From Candidatus Bathyarchaeia archaeon (GTDB taxonomy: Archaea > Thermoproteota > CALKCG01 > B24): a stretch of DNA of 64,000 bases. The stretch is from NCBI GenBank assembly GCA_038870975.1, contig JAVZJD010000001.1, forward strand, positions 832,001 to 896,000. The letters run 5' to 3'. Positions 38,846 through 48,868 of the stretch are shown in pieces. Position 1 is the first letter of the stretch. Each line of letters begins with the position of its first letter. The position numbers and the translations under genes were made by a program. Under the pieces are notes generated by a model. That model was given only the letters and a program-made list of their open reading frames with translations, was not told the origin of the DNA and did not search any database.

Positions 38846-38990
38846 GCTGTTCAAGGTGGATTTATTGGCTACGATCAATACCGTTCTACCGGACAGGGTT
38901 TTAAAAGAGCTTGAGGAAGGTCTGACCTTCCTTTGACGTTTTAGCTGTCGATTTATCTCCTCTACTTTTACCTTAGCTGTTCAAGGTGGA
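38846..38990 (+). repeat. 15-bp direct repeat GCTGTTCAAGGTGGA (38846-38860 and 38976-38990) in the gatA-gatB spacer
   Basis: Exact match read from the sequence. Confidence 0.85.
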
Positions 38991-39025
38991 AAGGATAAAT
39001 ATTGGCTTTAAACTTATAATAGCTG

Positions 39026-40474
39026 ATGGCTTTTAAAACGGTTAAAATAGGTCTTGAGGTCCACTGTCAGCTTACAAATCTTAAGAGTAAGCTCTTCTGC
39101 CCGTGTCCTACGGATTATAGGGGTAAGCCTCCGAATACGAATGTATGCCCAGTCTGTATGGGTGAGCCTGGCACTCTACCTGTTTTAAATAGGGAGGCTC
39201 TTAGAAGCGCCGTTATGATAGCCTTAGCTTTACACTCAGATGTTTCGAGGTTTACGTATTTTACGCGTAAAAACTACTTCTACCCCGATATGGCTAAAAA
39301 CTTTCAAATATCTCAGTATGATGGTGTCGGCGGTGCTCCCTTAGCCAAGGGTGGTCGTGTAGTTTTAAGCAATGGGAAAACCGTGAGGATTAGACGGATA
39401 CAGCTTGAAGAAGACCCTGCTAGAATCGTCTACGAGGGTTCTATAGATACTGCCCCTTCGGCGCTTATAGACTACAATAGACATGGAATTGCGCTCGTAG
39501 AAATAGTTACTGAGCCGGATATATCTTCGCCTGAAGAGGCTAGGCTTTTCCTTCAAAAGTTGAGGTCGATATTGGAGCACTTAGGCGTATTCGATGGAGA
39601 GCTTGAGGGCGCTATGAGATGTGATGCGAATATTTCTCTTGAGGGTAGTGTTAGAGTCGAAATTAAAAACATTTCATCTTACAAGGAGGTTGAGCGTGCT
39701 CTGATGTTTGAAATCACGAGGCAGAGTAGTCTACTTTCTAGAGGTATTAAGATTGCTAGAGAGACGAGGTTTTGGGATGAGCGTAGGAGGATAACCGTCT
39801 CCCTTAGGACTAAGGAGACTGAGGAAGACTACAGGTATTTTCCAGAGCCTGATTTACCTCCAATAGTGTTAACCGATGAATTCATAGATGAAGTGAAGCG
39901 TAGCCTCCCCATGCTTCCAGATGAGAGGAGGCGCATCTTCATAGAGAAATACGGTGTTTCAGAGCAGAATGCGGATGTTCTCGTGAGTGATAAAGCTTTA
40001 GCAGACTTCTATGAGAAGTGTCTTGAACATTACAGTAAAGCTCAAGAGCTCAGCTCTCTCATTGTTGGAGACTTTCTAGCTCAATTGCACAGTTTAAACA
40101 TCTCCATTAGAGACGTTAAGGTCAGCCCAAGCCAAATAGCGAAGCTTCTAAAGCTCCTCGACAGTAAAGTATTGACTGGGCTTTCAGCTAAAGCCGTTTT
40201 AAGGGAGATGCTTATTACAGGTGAAGACCCTGAGGTTGTGATTCAGAGGAGGGGGCTCCAACGGATATCGGATAGAGAAATGCTCGCTGGGCTCGTCGAC
40301 CAAGTCTTCACTATGAATCCGAAGGCTGTTGAAGATGCGCTTGTAAATGAGAAGGCTATTCATTTCTTAGTCGGTCAAATAATGCGTATGACGCAGGGTA
40401 AAGCCGACCCAAGCCTCGTCCGAGAGCTCGTCGAAGATAGGCTTGGAAAACTAAAATCCAATAGGTCGGGTTGA
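39026..40474 (+). CDS. gatB: Amidotransferase subunit B
   Basis: IGLEVH.QL, RKNYFYPD, EEDP, EIVTEPD, RCDANIS, DYRYFPEPDL. Confidence 0.96.
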   Translation: MAFKTVKIGLEVHCQLTNLKSKLFCPCPTDYRGKPPNTNVCPVCMGEPGTLPVLNREALRSAVMIALALHSDVSRFTYFTRKNYFYPDMAKNFQISQYDGVGGAPLAKGGRVVLSNGKTVRIRRIQLEEDPARIVYEGSIDTAPSALIDYNRHGIALVEIVTEPDISSPEEARLFLQKLRSILEHLGVFDGELEGAMRCDANISLEGSVRVEIKNISSYKEVERALMFEITRQSSLLSRGIKIARETRFWDERRRITVSLRTKETEEDYRYFPEPDLPPIVLTDEFIDEVKRSLPMLPDERRRIFIEKYGVSEQNADVLVSDKALADFYEKCLEHYSKAQELSSLIVGDFLAQLHSLNISIRDVKVSPSQIAKLLKLLDSKVLTGLSAKAVLREMLITGEDPEVVIQRRGLQRISDREMLAGLVDQVFTMNPKAVEDALVNEKAIHFLVGQIMRMTQGKADPSLVRELVEDRLGKLKSNRSG

Positions 40475-40491
40475 AGATTCCGCGAATCCTA

Positions 40492-41058
40492 TTAAACCCT
40501 TCTCGCTTTAAACTTGAAGCTTAAAGCCTCTAGTGCTTCTCGAGTTGAATTCGCATTTAGAAAAACGCGGAGTATTTTCAAAGCCGTTTTAAAGTTCTCC
40601 TTCTTACCGCATGGGGTTTCGATGAGGATGGGTGTGTCAAGGTTGAGTTTAGCCTTCAGAATGGGCGATATTGAACCTATTAGAACACCGTTTTCAACTT
40701 CTAAAAGGGGAGGAATACCTTTTACGTTTACTCTATCTGGGCTTGTTAGACTACTGTAGCTCGACGTCTTGTAACAGTGTACTTCAACGTAAACGTCAGG
40801 CTTGAAGGCTTCAACTATTTTAAGAAGCCTCTTAAAAGCCTTCGTATTCAGGTAGTTGAAGCTTAAAGTTGATACATACTTGCCCGTGTAGAGACAGGGT
40901 ATTACAACTGCTGAGCCGCTTCTAGGCCTACGTGTTTTAACAAGCATTTCGAGAAGTAGCTTCGTCGTACGGCACTCTCTACCGTGTAGCCCTCCAATGA
41001 ATAATCTTAGAGGCCTAGAAGGGTTTCCTATGCTCTTGTAGATTTTCAAGAGGACCAC
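40492..41058 (-). CDS. DUF2119-like protein (zinc carboxypeptidase-like fold)
   Basis: RLFIGGLHGRE..TT, YVSTL, YVEVHCY, GIPPL.E...GVLIGSISP. Confidence 0.65.
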   Translation of the reverse strand: MVLLKIYKSIGNPSRPLRLFIGGLHGRECRTTKLLLEMLVKTRRPRSGSAVVIPCLYTGKYVSTLSFNYLNTKAFKRLLKIVEAFKPDVYVEVHCYKTSSYSSLTSPDRVNVKGIPPLLEVENGVLIGSISPILKAKLNLDTPILIETPCGKKENFKTALKILRVFLNANSTREALEALSFKFKARRV

Positions 41059-41138
41059 CCATCTATACTCTGTGGACTACGTGTTTTCAAACAGCCTCTA
41101 TAAATTTTAAAGCCCTGAGGATATATTACTTAAGGCTG

Positions 41139-42125
41139 GTGCTTACGATGATAATCGTAGCAGTTGACGGTGGTAAGACGAAGACGTCATGCGTAGTTTT
41201 TAATGAAGATGGTGAAGTCATATCTACGTCTTCATCTGGACCCAGCGGGCTCCTACTTCCAAGCGATACCGTTAAGAAGAACCTATGGACTGCCATATCG
41301 GGCTCTCTCTCTAAAGCCGGGTTACGCGTAGAGGACGTAGACGTCCTATCCATAGGATTAGCAGACATAGACACAAAACACGATGTTGAAAGAGCCTCTC
41401 TTATGGTTAAAGAGCTTCCGATACCCCGCTCCGTAACCACTGTTGTTGAGCATGATGCAGTCGTAGCCTACTATGCGGTAACATATGGGGCTCCTGGTGT
41501 AGCGGTCATAGCTGGAACGGGTAGCATAGCCTTCGGTATGAATAAGCATGGTGAAAGAGCCAGGTCTGGAGGTTGGAATTGGCTCTTCGGAGACGAAGGT
41601 AGCGGCTATTGGATAGCTAAAGAAGCTCTTCAAGCCGCAGCTAGGGCGTTTGACGGCCGTGGACCTAAAACCGTTCTCGTCGACGTTTTCTTGGAGCATT
41701 TTAAGATAAGCGACCCACTTGATATGCTTGAGGTAGTCTATCGGAGTATGGGGGGTGACCCGTTGAAATTAGCCGATTTAGCTGTTCTCGTAGATAGGGC
41801 TGCTGAGGTTGGAGATGAAGTTGCTATAGGTATTCTTGAGAGGGCTGGTGTTGAACTGGCTCTCGCATGTTACGCTACTGCTTTAAAACTCGGCATGGTT
41901 GATGAGCCTATGGTTGTTGGAACCGTTGGAAGCGTTTTTAAGTCTAAAATCGTTGAAGACGTCTTCTACAGTTGGCTTAAACGTAGGCTTAGGAAAGCCG
42001 ATTTTAAACCGCCTCTCGTAGGGTTTCAGCCGATCATAGGTTCTGCTGTGATCGGTTTTAGAAGGCTTGGTTTTGAGAGAATCGAAGAGAGGATTGAAAA
42101 TCTTAAGAGAAACTTGGAAGTTTAA
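41139..42125 (+). CDS. BadF/BadG/BcrA/BcrD-type sugar kinase (N-acetylglucosamine kinase-like)
   Basis: VDGGKTKT, HDA, IAGTGS, GGW.W.FGDEGSG.WI, DGRG. Confidence 0.88.
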   Translation: MLTMIIVAVDGGKTKTSCVVFNEDGEVISTSSSGPSGLLLPSDTVKKNLWTAISGSLSKAGLRVEDVDVLSIGLADIDTKHDVERASLMVKELPIPRSVTTVVEHDAVVAYYAVTYGAPGVAVIAGTGSIAFGMNKHGERARSGGWNWLFGDEGSGYWIAKEALQAAARAFDGRGPKTVLVDVFLEHFKISDPLDMLEVVYRSMGGDPLKLADLAVLVDRAAEVGDEVAIGILERAGVELALACYATALKLGMVDEPMVVGTVGSVFKSKIVEDVFYSWLKRRLRKADFKPPLVGFQPIIGSAVIGFRRLGFERIEERIENLKRNLEV

Positions 42126-42142
42126 CTGTTGTCTCTACTCTT

Positions 42143-42961
42143 CTAGAACCATCCGAGTGTTCCATCCTTCCTGACTCTGTTTAAACTCCACTTGAAAGTC
42201 TTGTAGCCGATTGGGAGGAGTACTACGCCGAAAACAGCTCCTTTTAGAAACTCTAGTTGAATCGCAGGCTCCAGTATGGATGCGGCTCTAAGCATAGATA
42301 GACGCCACAAGTGGTAGACCCATGTTTGAGGTAGGAACCATGAGACTGTGGAGATGCCGGGTATGAAGCTGTCTAGGAATTGAACTGGGAAGGATATGCC
42401 TGCGAGGAGTTGTTGTAGAACGTTTATAGTCCATGTTACTGGGTCTGTAGACTTCGTGACGAGTCTGAAGCCTGTACTCACCATAGATAGGCCTAGCAGT
42501 ATCATAGCGGATATTATGAATGATAGGAGCGTTGAAAACCAATCTACTCTAAGTTTTACTCCGAATACTAGTATTCCAACTAGGATTTGAGGTATGAACG
42601 TTATAACTGAGAAAATGTATGGCCAGGCTATCCGTCCTACTACGAAGACAGGCACTGGTATACCCGTCATTATAATGGTTTCTAAACTCCAGGGGTTGAG
42701 GTGTCTCTCCAATGCTTGAGATATCGGCATGACGAGGTTTCCTATGACTAATCCAACCACTAGGAAAGATATGTAGTCTGTTTCATACTCTGGGACGGGT
42801 CTATTCCTGTATATGGCGTTAATAGACCAGCTTAAAATCCCAATGGCTATCGTTATAAGTTGAGTTGTTACTTGCGTCTTGTAGGTTTTCCACCCTCTAA
42901 AGTCTCTCTCCGCGAAGGCTAAAATCTGCCTTATACTTGTGGCTAAATCTATGCTACGCAT
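42143..42961 (-). CDS. ABC-2 type exporter permease
   Basis: About 6 TM, Y.SFL..GL, G..FP...L, LP.T; directly downstream of the ATPase gene. Confidence 0.85.
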   Translation of the reverse strand: MRSIDLATSIRQILAFAERDFRGWKTYKTQVTTQLITIAIGILSWSINAIYRNRPVPEYETDYISFLVVGLVIGNLVMPISQALERHLNPWSLETIIMTGIPVPVFVVGRIAWPYIFSVITFIPQILVGILVFGVKLRVDWFSTLLSFIISAMILLGLSMVSTGFRLVTKSTDPVTWTINVLQQLLAGISFPVQFLDSFIPGISTVSWFLPQTWVYHLWRLSMLRAASILEPAIQLEFLKGAVFGVVLLPIGYKTFKWSLNRVRKDGTLGWF

Positions 42962-42965
42962 TCTC

Positions 42966-44012
42966 TCACCTTTTAACCAATTTTATGAAGATTTCTTCTA
43001 AGCTGGGCTCGTATGTTTCAATATCTCTCACGTTTAAACAGTGTTTAGATATGAGGTTCATCATATCTAGAACCTTAAAGTTTTCATCCGTCTCTACCAC
43101 TATTCTACTAGGTGAGCCGAACTCTAAACTCACGTTTTTAACGCCGTTTAAGCTTTCAAACTCACCTATGACGTTCTTCAGCTTTCCATCAGATTCTTCG
43201 TCTAAAATCAAGCGGTAGTGTTTCTCAGGGCTTACATACCTCCTGAGGTTTTCAGGGGTATTGCACGCTATGATTTCACCTCTGTTTATTATAGCTACTC
43301 TATCGCATATGGATTGAGCCTCCCACATGTTGTGCGTAGATAGGAATATTGTCTTCCCCTCGGATTTAGCCAGCCTCTTCAACATTTGTCTAAACTCTGT
43401 AGCAGCGGTCGGGTCTAGCCCAGCCGTCGGCTCGTCGAAGAGTAGAATCGGTACGTCTAAGAGTAGGGCTCGGCATAGTTGAAGTTTACGAGCCATACCT
43501 GTGGATAGGCGTTGGTACATGTCGTTAGCTCTATCTTTTAAACCCATAAGCTCCAACAGCTCTTCGATACGCTTTTTAGCGTAGCTCTTAGGAAGCCCGT
43601 ATAGAATCGCGTAGAACTCCAAGTTGCTTTTAAGGTTTAACCTCCACTCAAAACCCCTATGTTGCTCACCTAAAACGGCCTGTAGGTTTCTCAAAACTTT
43701 GCTAGGCTGTTTTACAACGTCGTAGCCGTTTACGTAGGCTTCTCCACCGTCTGGTAAGACTAGAGTACATAGAATCTTTATGAGCGTGGTTTTCCCAGCC
43801 CCGTTCGGCCCTAGGAGGCCGAAGACCTCTCCACGGTAAACTTTAAGGTTGACTTTATTCAGTGCTTGGATAAACCCCTTCTTCCTTGTGAATAGCTCTC
43901 TAATGCCTCCAACTCTACCCCAGTACTCCCAATGTCTTCCGCCGGAGACGCTTCTAAGGCTGATAGGGTATTTTTTGACGAGGTCTACAGTCTCTATAGC
44001 TATCTCAGTCAT
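42966..44012 (-). CDS. ABC exporter ATP-binding protein
   Basis: Walker A GPNGAGKTT, signature LSTGM, Walker B LLFDEPTAGLD, STH. Confidence 0.93.
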   Translation of the reverse strand: MTEIAIETVDLVKKYPISLRSVSGGRHWEYWGRVGGIRELFTRKKGFIQALNKVNLKVYRGEVFGLLGPNGAGKTTLIKILCTLVLPDGGEAYVNGYDVVKQPSKVLRNLQAVLGEQHRGFEWRLNLKSNLEFYAILYGLPKSYAKKRIEELLELMGLKDRANDMYQRLSTGMARKLQLCRALLLDVPILLFDEPTAGLDPTAATEFRQMLKRLAKSEGKTIFLSTHNMWEAQSICDRVAIINRGEIIACNTPENLRRYVSPEKHYRLILDEESDGKLKNVIGEFESLNGVKNVSLEFGSPSRIVVETDENFKVLDMMNLISKHCLNVRDIETYEPSLEEIFIKLVKR

Positions 44013-44517
44013 TTAACCTACATAGATAAAGTAGCTTACTCTGGTTTAAATTTATCCCCCTGGTCTGATGTAGCGGATAGAAAGCTTTCCTTCCTCGGCT
44101 AAGCCGTTTAATGTAGGCTTCCCTAGGACTTTAAATTGAACTTCTCCTTCTATCTGTGAATGGGGGAATCTTGAGTCTGTTGATTTTTTGGATAGAGTTT
44201 ACCGTCGGCTGATTTAAATATCATACTTTCCTGTGTAAACCGTACATTTTAATAGTGTAGTTTTAGAGCTTATTTTTCCATTTCGAAGACTCTATCTACT
44301 TATGCCTGTTAATATTTAAAGTTGAGAACACTTAATGATTTCAATTGTTTAAAGTAGATGGTCTAACGTATTTGAATGTAGGAGTAAAATGTTTACGCTT
44401 TAACTAACGGTTTCTCTACAAGATTACCGTAGGTTTTAAAATTTTAGATTCTTAAAGTAGCAATCTATGATTGCTCTGAAGAAAAATTTTATATAAAACA
44501 TCTTTTTTCTATTCGAA

Positions 44518-44883
44518 ATGATAAAAATGTCGGCTGAATCTACGAAAGCAACTTTAACGTCTGGTGTTAAAGTATACTATCAAGGAAGATGGGTTGATGT
44601 CTCTGAAGTCGTAAGTGTTAGACACGCTAAGGTTAAATTGAAACAGGCTAGAGATGAGTTAACACGCCGTATAATAAAAGAGCTTCTGAAAACGCCTAGA
44701 AACTGCGTTAGAAGGTCTGTACTGATTAAGCTCAGCCGGGAAGTAGCCAGTGAGATGGGTCTTAAAAGACTTGGCTATAGGTTTCTTATAACTCAAGGTG
44801 TAATCGGACGACCAGTCGGGTCTAAACTCTACTATCTCACTGAGAAGGCTAAAGAGCTGTACCCAGACCTCTTCCCAAGTTAA
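44518..44883 (+). CDS. Small basic protein, probable winged-helix DNA-binding
   Basis: Lys/Arg-rich; C-terminal LIT.GVI.R....LYYLTEKA wing pattern; TATA-like TTTTATATAAAA upstream (about 44487-44498). Confidence 0.55.
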   Translation: MIKMSAESTKATLTSGVKVYYQGRWVDVSEVVSVRHAKVKLKQARDELTRRIIKELLKTPRNCVRRSVLIKLSREVASEMGLKRLGYRFLITQGVIGRPVGSKLYYLTEKAKELYPDLFPS

Positions 44884-45017
44884 AGCGGGAAGAACCTTCA
44901 ACCTCTTTCTCTATTTTTTCCTAAGCCTCTTAGGTGGAAACCCCATAGTATGTTTTGACCTTAAAAAATCTCTATTGGTTAAAATAAAGCAGAAGACTTA
45001 TGGGGTTTGAAGGTATG

Positions 45018-45365
45018 CTATTGGAGGGCTGAACGTATTCTCTCGTAGAGTTCTTCTTTCTCGGGGACGCTTGTTACAAAGGCTATTTTACCGTTTATAG
45101 CTATTATAGGTATTAGGCTTCGCATGACTTGAGGTCCAAGACCCATTTCAACAACCCTCTTCTTCCCACTCGCCTCGAGTATTTCAGCCAGCCGCTTCTG
45201 CGTCTCCAAAAGCTTCTCTCCATACTCGGCTACACGTATTTCTACACGTTCACCGAAATCCTTCTTAACTTCTCGTAAAAGTGTAAAGAGCCTCTCATTT
45301 TCCTCTCTTCTACGTCCACAGCCGCAAAGCCCCGTGGGGAAAACCTCTAAGAGCACTTGACTCAT
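45018..45365 (-). CDS. ArsD-like metallochaperone (thioredoxin-like fold)
   Basis: N-terminal EVF.TGLCGCG, C-terminal IP...INGKI.....PE.EEL; directly downstream of the arsA-like gene. Confidence 0.6.
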   Translation of the reverse strand: MSQVLLEVFPTGLCGCGRRREENERLFTLLREVKKDFGERVEIRVAEYGEKLLETQKRLAEILEASGKKRVVEMGLGPQVMRSLIPIIAINGKIAFVTSVPEKEELYERIRSALQ

Positions 45366-45369
45366 GTTT

Positions 45370-46323
45370 TCACCCTCTACTCGAATCATATATTAGATGT
45401 GCTAGTTTTTTAACGTTTTCTAAGCCTACGACCTCTGTCTCTAAGAGGGGTACTTCAACTACAGGTATGTCGTTGAACTCCTTTTTAACCAGGTTTATGT
45501 ACTTCTCCTGTAGAGTTCTACGTTTAAGGAAGAAGTCGTTTATACAGTATTCCTTGGGAAGTACAGAGTTTATGAAAATACCTCTAACTTTGATCCCGTA
45601 TGGGGTTAAGCCATCCTGAATCCTCTTAACTTCGTAAACTGGTAGCATTTCAGGATGCGTAACTACGAAGTAGACTGTTTGGTCTGAGGCGAGCTTTTTT
45701 ATGGCTGAATAGCTTTCATCTCTAAGCCTTTCAAGAAGCTTAAGCTCAGCCACTTTACCAGTTAAATCTACTATTTCCTTCTTCGCAGCTATAGCCATTT
45801 CAAGGTTGTAGACGTAGCGCCACGGGTAGTTCACCATCTCGAGGTTGTGGTATCCAGGAGCTGTGTCGAAGACGACTGCGTCATATCTATCTGTATTCAT
45901 GTAGTGTATGAAGACGTTGTACGACGCCGTTTCACACGGGAGGATGGGGTTTTTCTCCCAATACTCCTTCAAAAACCTTATTTCAGATTCGCTTATTTTT
46001 TCAGCGGATAGGTCTTTAAGCGTCTCTATACGTTTCAAAACCTCAAGCTGGTGTTTTCTAATGCTCTCTTTAGGGTCGACGTTTACCACCCAGAGTTTTC
46101 CAACCTCTGGGATCTCCGTCTCTTCGCTTCCTATGTCCCTTTGAAAAATATCGTTCTGGCTTTTCTGAATATCTGTAGATGCGAGTAGTGTTTTAAACCC
46201 CTTCGCAGCCAGCCAGAAGGCGGTGGCGGCAGCTAGACTACTTTTGCCAACACCGCCTTTCCCGCCGAAGAATATAAACTTCCTATCTTCCCTTGGAAGA
46301 ATGGATTCTTCTAGTTTCTTCAT
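45370..46323 (-). CDS. arsA: ArsA/GET3-family ATPase (single domain)
   Basis: GGKGGVGKSS, STD, FDTAPG, PE.LP..E, N.V, Q.KY. Confidence 0.85.
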   Translation of the reverse strand: MKKLEESILPREDRKFIFFGGKGGVGKSSLAAATAFWLAAKGFKTLLASTDIQKSQNDIFQRDIGSEETEIPEVGKLWVVNVDPKESIRKHQLEVLKRIETLKDLSAEKISESEIRFLKEYWEKNPILPCETASYNVFIHYMNTDRYDAVVFDTAPGYHNLEMVNYPWRYVYNLEMAIAAKKEIVDLTGKVAELKLLERLRDESYSAIKKLASDQTVYFVVTHPEMLPVYEVKRIQDGLTPYGIKVRGIFINSVLPKEYCINDFFLKRRTLQEKYINLVKKEFNDIPVVEVPLLETEVVGLENVKKLAHLIYDSSRG

Positions 46324-46428
46324 TTCTCCACCGAATTATTTACTGTAAAATTACTTTAAAAAGTTTAACTTTCAAACCAATATAGTACTAAGAGGAAGGT
46401 TTTTCTCAAGGTTTTAAACAGTAGGAAT

Positions 46429-48015
46429 GTGGAGATGGTGGACGCTTCAAGGGCTATCATAGAGCGGCTGTTGAATATTAGAAACCCGTCTAGAGAAGAT
46501 GTTGAAAAGGCTAAGTTTGAAGTATGTAGAATGTTTAATTTAAGCAAGATCCCGAGTAATTCTGAGCTTATAAAGAGTCTAAAGCCTGGTGAGGAGAGGC
46601 TTTTAGAGGTTCTCAAACGTAAGAAGACGAGGACTATAAGCGGTGTTACAGTTATCGCTGTTATGACTGCGCCATATCCATGTCCTAAAGACGAACCCTG
46701 CATATACTGTCCAGGTGGTCCGAGTAGAGGCCTACCTCAAAGCTATACTGGTCGTGAGCCGGCTACTCTCAGAGGCGTACAGTATAACTACGACCCCTAT
46801 ATGCAGGTTGCCAATCGTATAAATCAGCTTAAAGCCATAGGGCATCCGGTGGATAAGGTCGAGCTGATAGTGCTAGGTGGGACGCATACGGCATTGCCGT
46901 TAGACTATAGAACCTGGTTTATGAAGAGGTGTCTCGACGCTCTGAACGGTGTAGAATCCGGCAGTTTTGAGGAAGCTAAAAAGCTGGCTGAGAGAGCACC
47001 TGTAAAGGTTTCAGGTGTAACCGTGGAGACTCGTCCAGACTGGTGTATGGAGAATCATGTGGATGAGATGCTCGACCTCGGTGTTACGAGGGTTGAGCTC
47101 GGCGTTCAGACGATTTACGATGATGTTTATAGGCTTATAAATCGTGGGCATGGTTTAAAGGAGGTTGTTGAAGCTACGAGAATAGCTAAAGACGCTGGTT
47201 TGAAGGTTACATACCATCTTATGCCGAATCTACCGGGTTCTAATCCCGATAGAGACTTGGAGATGTTTAGAGAGGTCTTTAGGAATCCGTCTTTCAGACC
47301 GGATGCTCTTAAAATATACCCGTGCCTCGTCGTAGAGGGTACGAAGCTCTACGATATGTGGGTTAAGGGGTTGTACAAGCCCTATGATGAAGATACTGTT
47401 GTAGAGGTCTTGGCGGAGGCTTTCAAAGAGATTCCCAGGTACGTTAGGGTTCAAAGGGTTCAGAGAGATATACCAGCCCCTCTGATAATCGACGGTGTTA
47501 AGCATAGCAATCTAAGGGAGCTTGTTGAGGAGAGGCTTGAATCTAAGGGGTTTAAGTGTAGATGCATAAGGTGCCGTGAAGTCGGCCACTCACATATGAA
47601 GCATAAGGTTAAACCGAACGTAGCAAACGTAAAGCTCCTCAGGATGGACTACGAGGCGAGTATGGGGCGTGAAATATTCCTCTCCTTCGAAGACGTGGAG
47701 AACGACGTGCTCATAGCTCTACTTAGGCTGAGGATACCATCTGAAAAGGCTCATAGGCGGGAGGTGGCGAACGCCGCCGTAGTTAGGGAGCTTCACGTAT
47801 ATGGGCCTATGGTCCCAGTCGGGTTTAAACGTGAAGACGGGTGGCAGCATAAAAGCTTCGGGAGAAGCCTTTTAGAGGAGGCTGAGCGGATAGCGTTTGA
47901 GGAGTTCGATAAGCGTAAACTCCTAGTTATCAGCGGTTTAGGGGTTAAACGGTATTATAAAAGGCTCGGCTACGTCGACGACGGCCCCTACGTAAGCAAA
48001 ACTCTAGCTGAATAG
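46429..48015 (+). CDS. elp3: tRNA uridine(34) acetyltransferase Elp3 (radical SAM plus GNAT)
   Basis: RTISGV, CP...CIYCPGG, QSYTG.EP, ETRPD, VELGVQ, KIYP, C.CIRCRE, RELHVYG, QH..FG, VISG.GV..YY. Confidence 0.96.
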   Translation: MEMVDASRAIIERLLNIRNPSREDVEKAKFEVCRMFNLSKIPSNSELIKSLKPGEERLLEVLKRKKTRTISGVTVIAVMTAPYPCPKDEPCIYCPGGPSRGLPQSYTGREPATLRGVQYNYDPYMQVANRINQLKAIGHPVDKVELIVLGGTHTALPLDYRTWFMKRCLDALNGVESGSFEEAKKLAERAPVKVSGVTVETRPDWCMENHVDEMLDLGVTRVELGVQTIYDDVYRLINRGHGLKEVVEATRIAKDAGLKVTYHLMPNLPGSNPDRDLEMFREVFRNPSFRPDALKIYPCLVVEGTKLYDMWVKGLYKPYDEDTVVEVLAEAFKEIPRYVRVQRVQRDIPAPLIIDGVKHSNLRELVEERLESKGFKCRCIRCREVGHSHMKHKVKPNVANVKLLRMDYEASMGREIFLSFEDVENDVLIALLRLRIPSEKAHRREVANAAVVRELHVYGPMVPVGFKREDGWQHKSFGRSLLEEAERIAFEEFDKRKLLVISGLGVKRYYKRLGYVDDGPYVSKTLAE

Positions 48016-48107
48016 CTTAAACTATTACTCGACTTCAATCAATAAATCGTTAAAATCGTCACAGTTCTTAATATCTCTACAGCTGGAGACCCTTACGAAG
48101 TTTGAAA

Positions 48108-48500
48108 TCATAAATCTAGCTCGTTGCTTTTCATCGTTTTTACGAATTTCTTGGCTACTCGGTATAGCATTTCATCGTCTGTGACTAGTGTTAGCTTGTT
48201 TTCGACGGCGGCTTGAATGTATGCAGCGTCATAGTATGTTAATCCCTCTCTAACGGCGATTTTTAGAGTTTCCAAACCGTTCTCTTTCTCCGGCTTTTTC
48301 ATGTTTATGAAAACCTCTGTCAATGTGTCTAATAGCTTACTAGCCTCCTCTGGAGTTATAGTCCTATGAATATACGTCTGCTTCCAGACGGCGTTTCCCA
48401 GTTCATAAAACGCTAAGTTTAAAGTCCACCCTTCAAATAGCTTATCTATCCTTTTTTCTCCACAGAGGTTTATTATCGCTGAAGAGTCGAAGAGGTTCAT
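48108..48500 (-). CDS. vapC: VapC-family PIN-domain toxin
   Basis: LFDSSA, YELGNAVWK, TYYDAAY, LVTDD. Confidence 0.9.
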   Translation of the reverse strand: MNLFDSSAIINLCGEKRIDKLFEGWTLNLAFYELGNAVWKQTYIHRTITPEEASKLLDTLTEVFINMKKPEKENGLETLKIAVREGLTYYDAAYIQAAVENKLTLVTDDEMLYRVAKKFVKTMKSNELDL

Positions 48501-48727
48501 CTCTCCTCCCTAGTCTCTCTTATAGCTTTAATCCACACTTCCCTATCGACCTTCCTTATTATCTCGCTGGCATCCTTAATCTTCTCGTAAAGCCTCTGCT
48601 TCATCCTATCTTCAACCTCCTTTTCAAGGGCTCTCCTGATAACCTCTGATGGCTTTATACCTAGCTCGGTCAGCTTTTTCCTCAACTCTACATCTATTTT
48701 AGCTGAAACCGTCACAAACTTAGTCAT
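48497..48727 (-). CDS. vapB: VapB-type ribbon-helix-helix antitoxin
   Basis: VTVSAKI..ELRKKL..LGI.PSEVIRRALE.EV, C-terminal IRETREER; ATGA overlap with vapC. Confidence 0.85.
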   Translation of the reverse strand: MTKFVTVSAKIDVELRKKLTELGIKPSEVIRRALEKEVEDRMKQRLYEKIKDASEIIRKVDREVWIKAIRETREER

Positions 48728-48868
48728 ACTCAGACTATACTACAAATTTGTAGTATAAAAATATGACTACTCATTTCTCCGCACAACTATCATGTTCAGT
48801 TGAACTTGTGTTTTACTGGTGTGGGAAAATTTTAACGTCTCCTGGGTTTTTATTGAAACTGGTAGCCT

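Noticed and set aside
44060-44220. Minus-strand protein-like fragment (DSRFPHSQIEGEVQFKVLGKP...)
   Set aside because: No start codon in frame and no recognisable family; cannot be supported.
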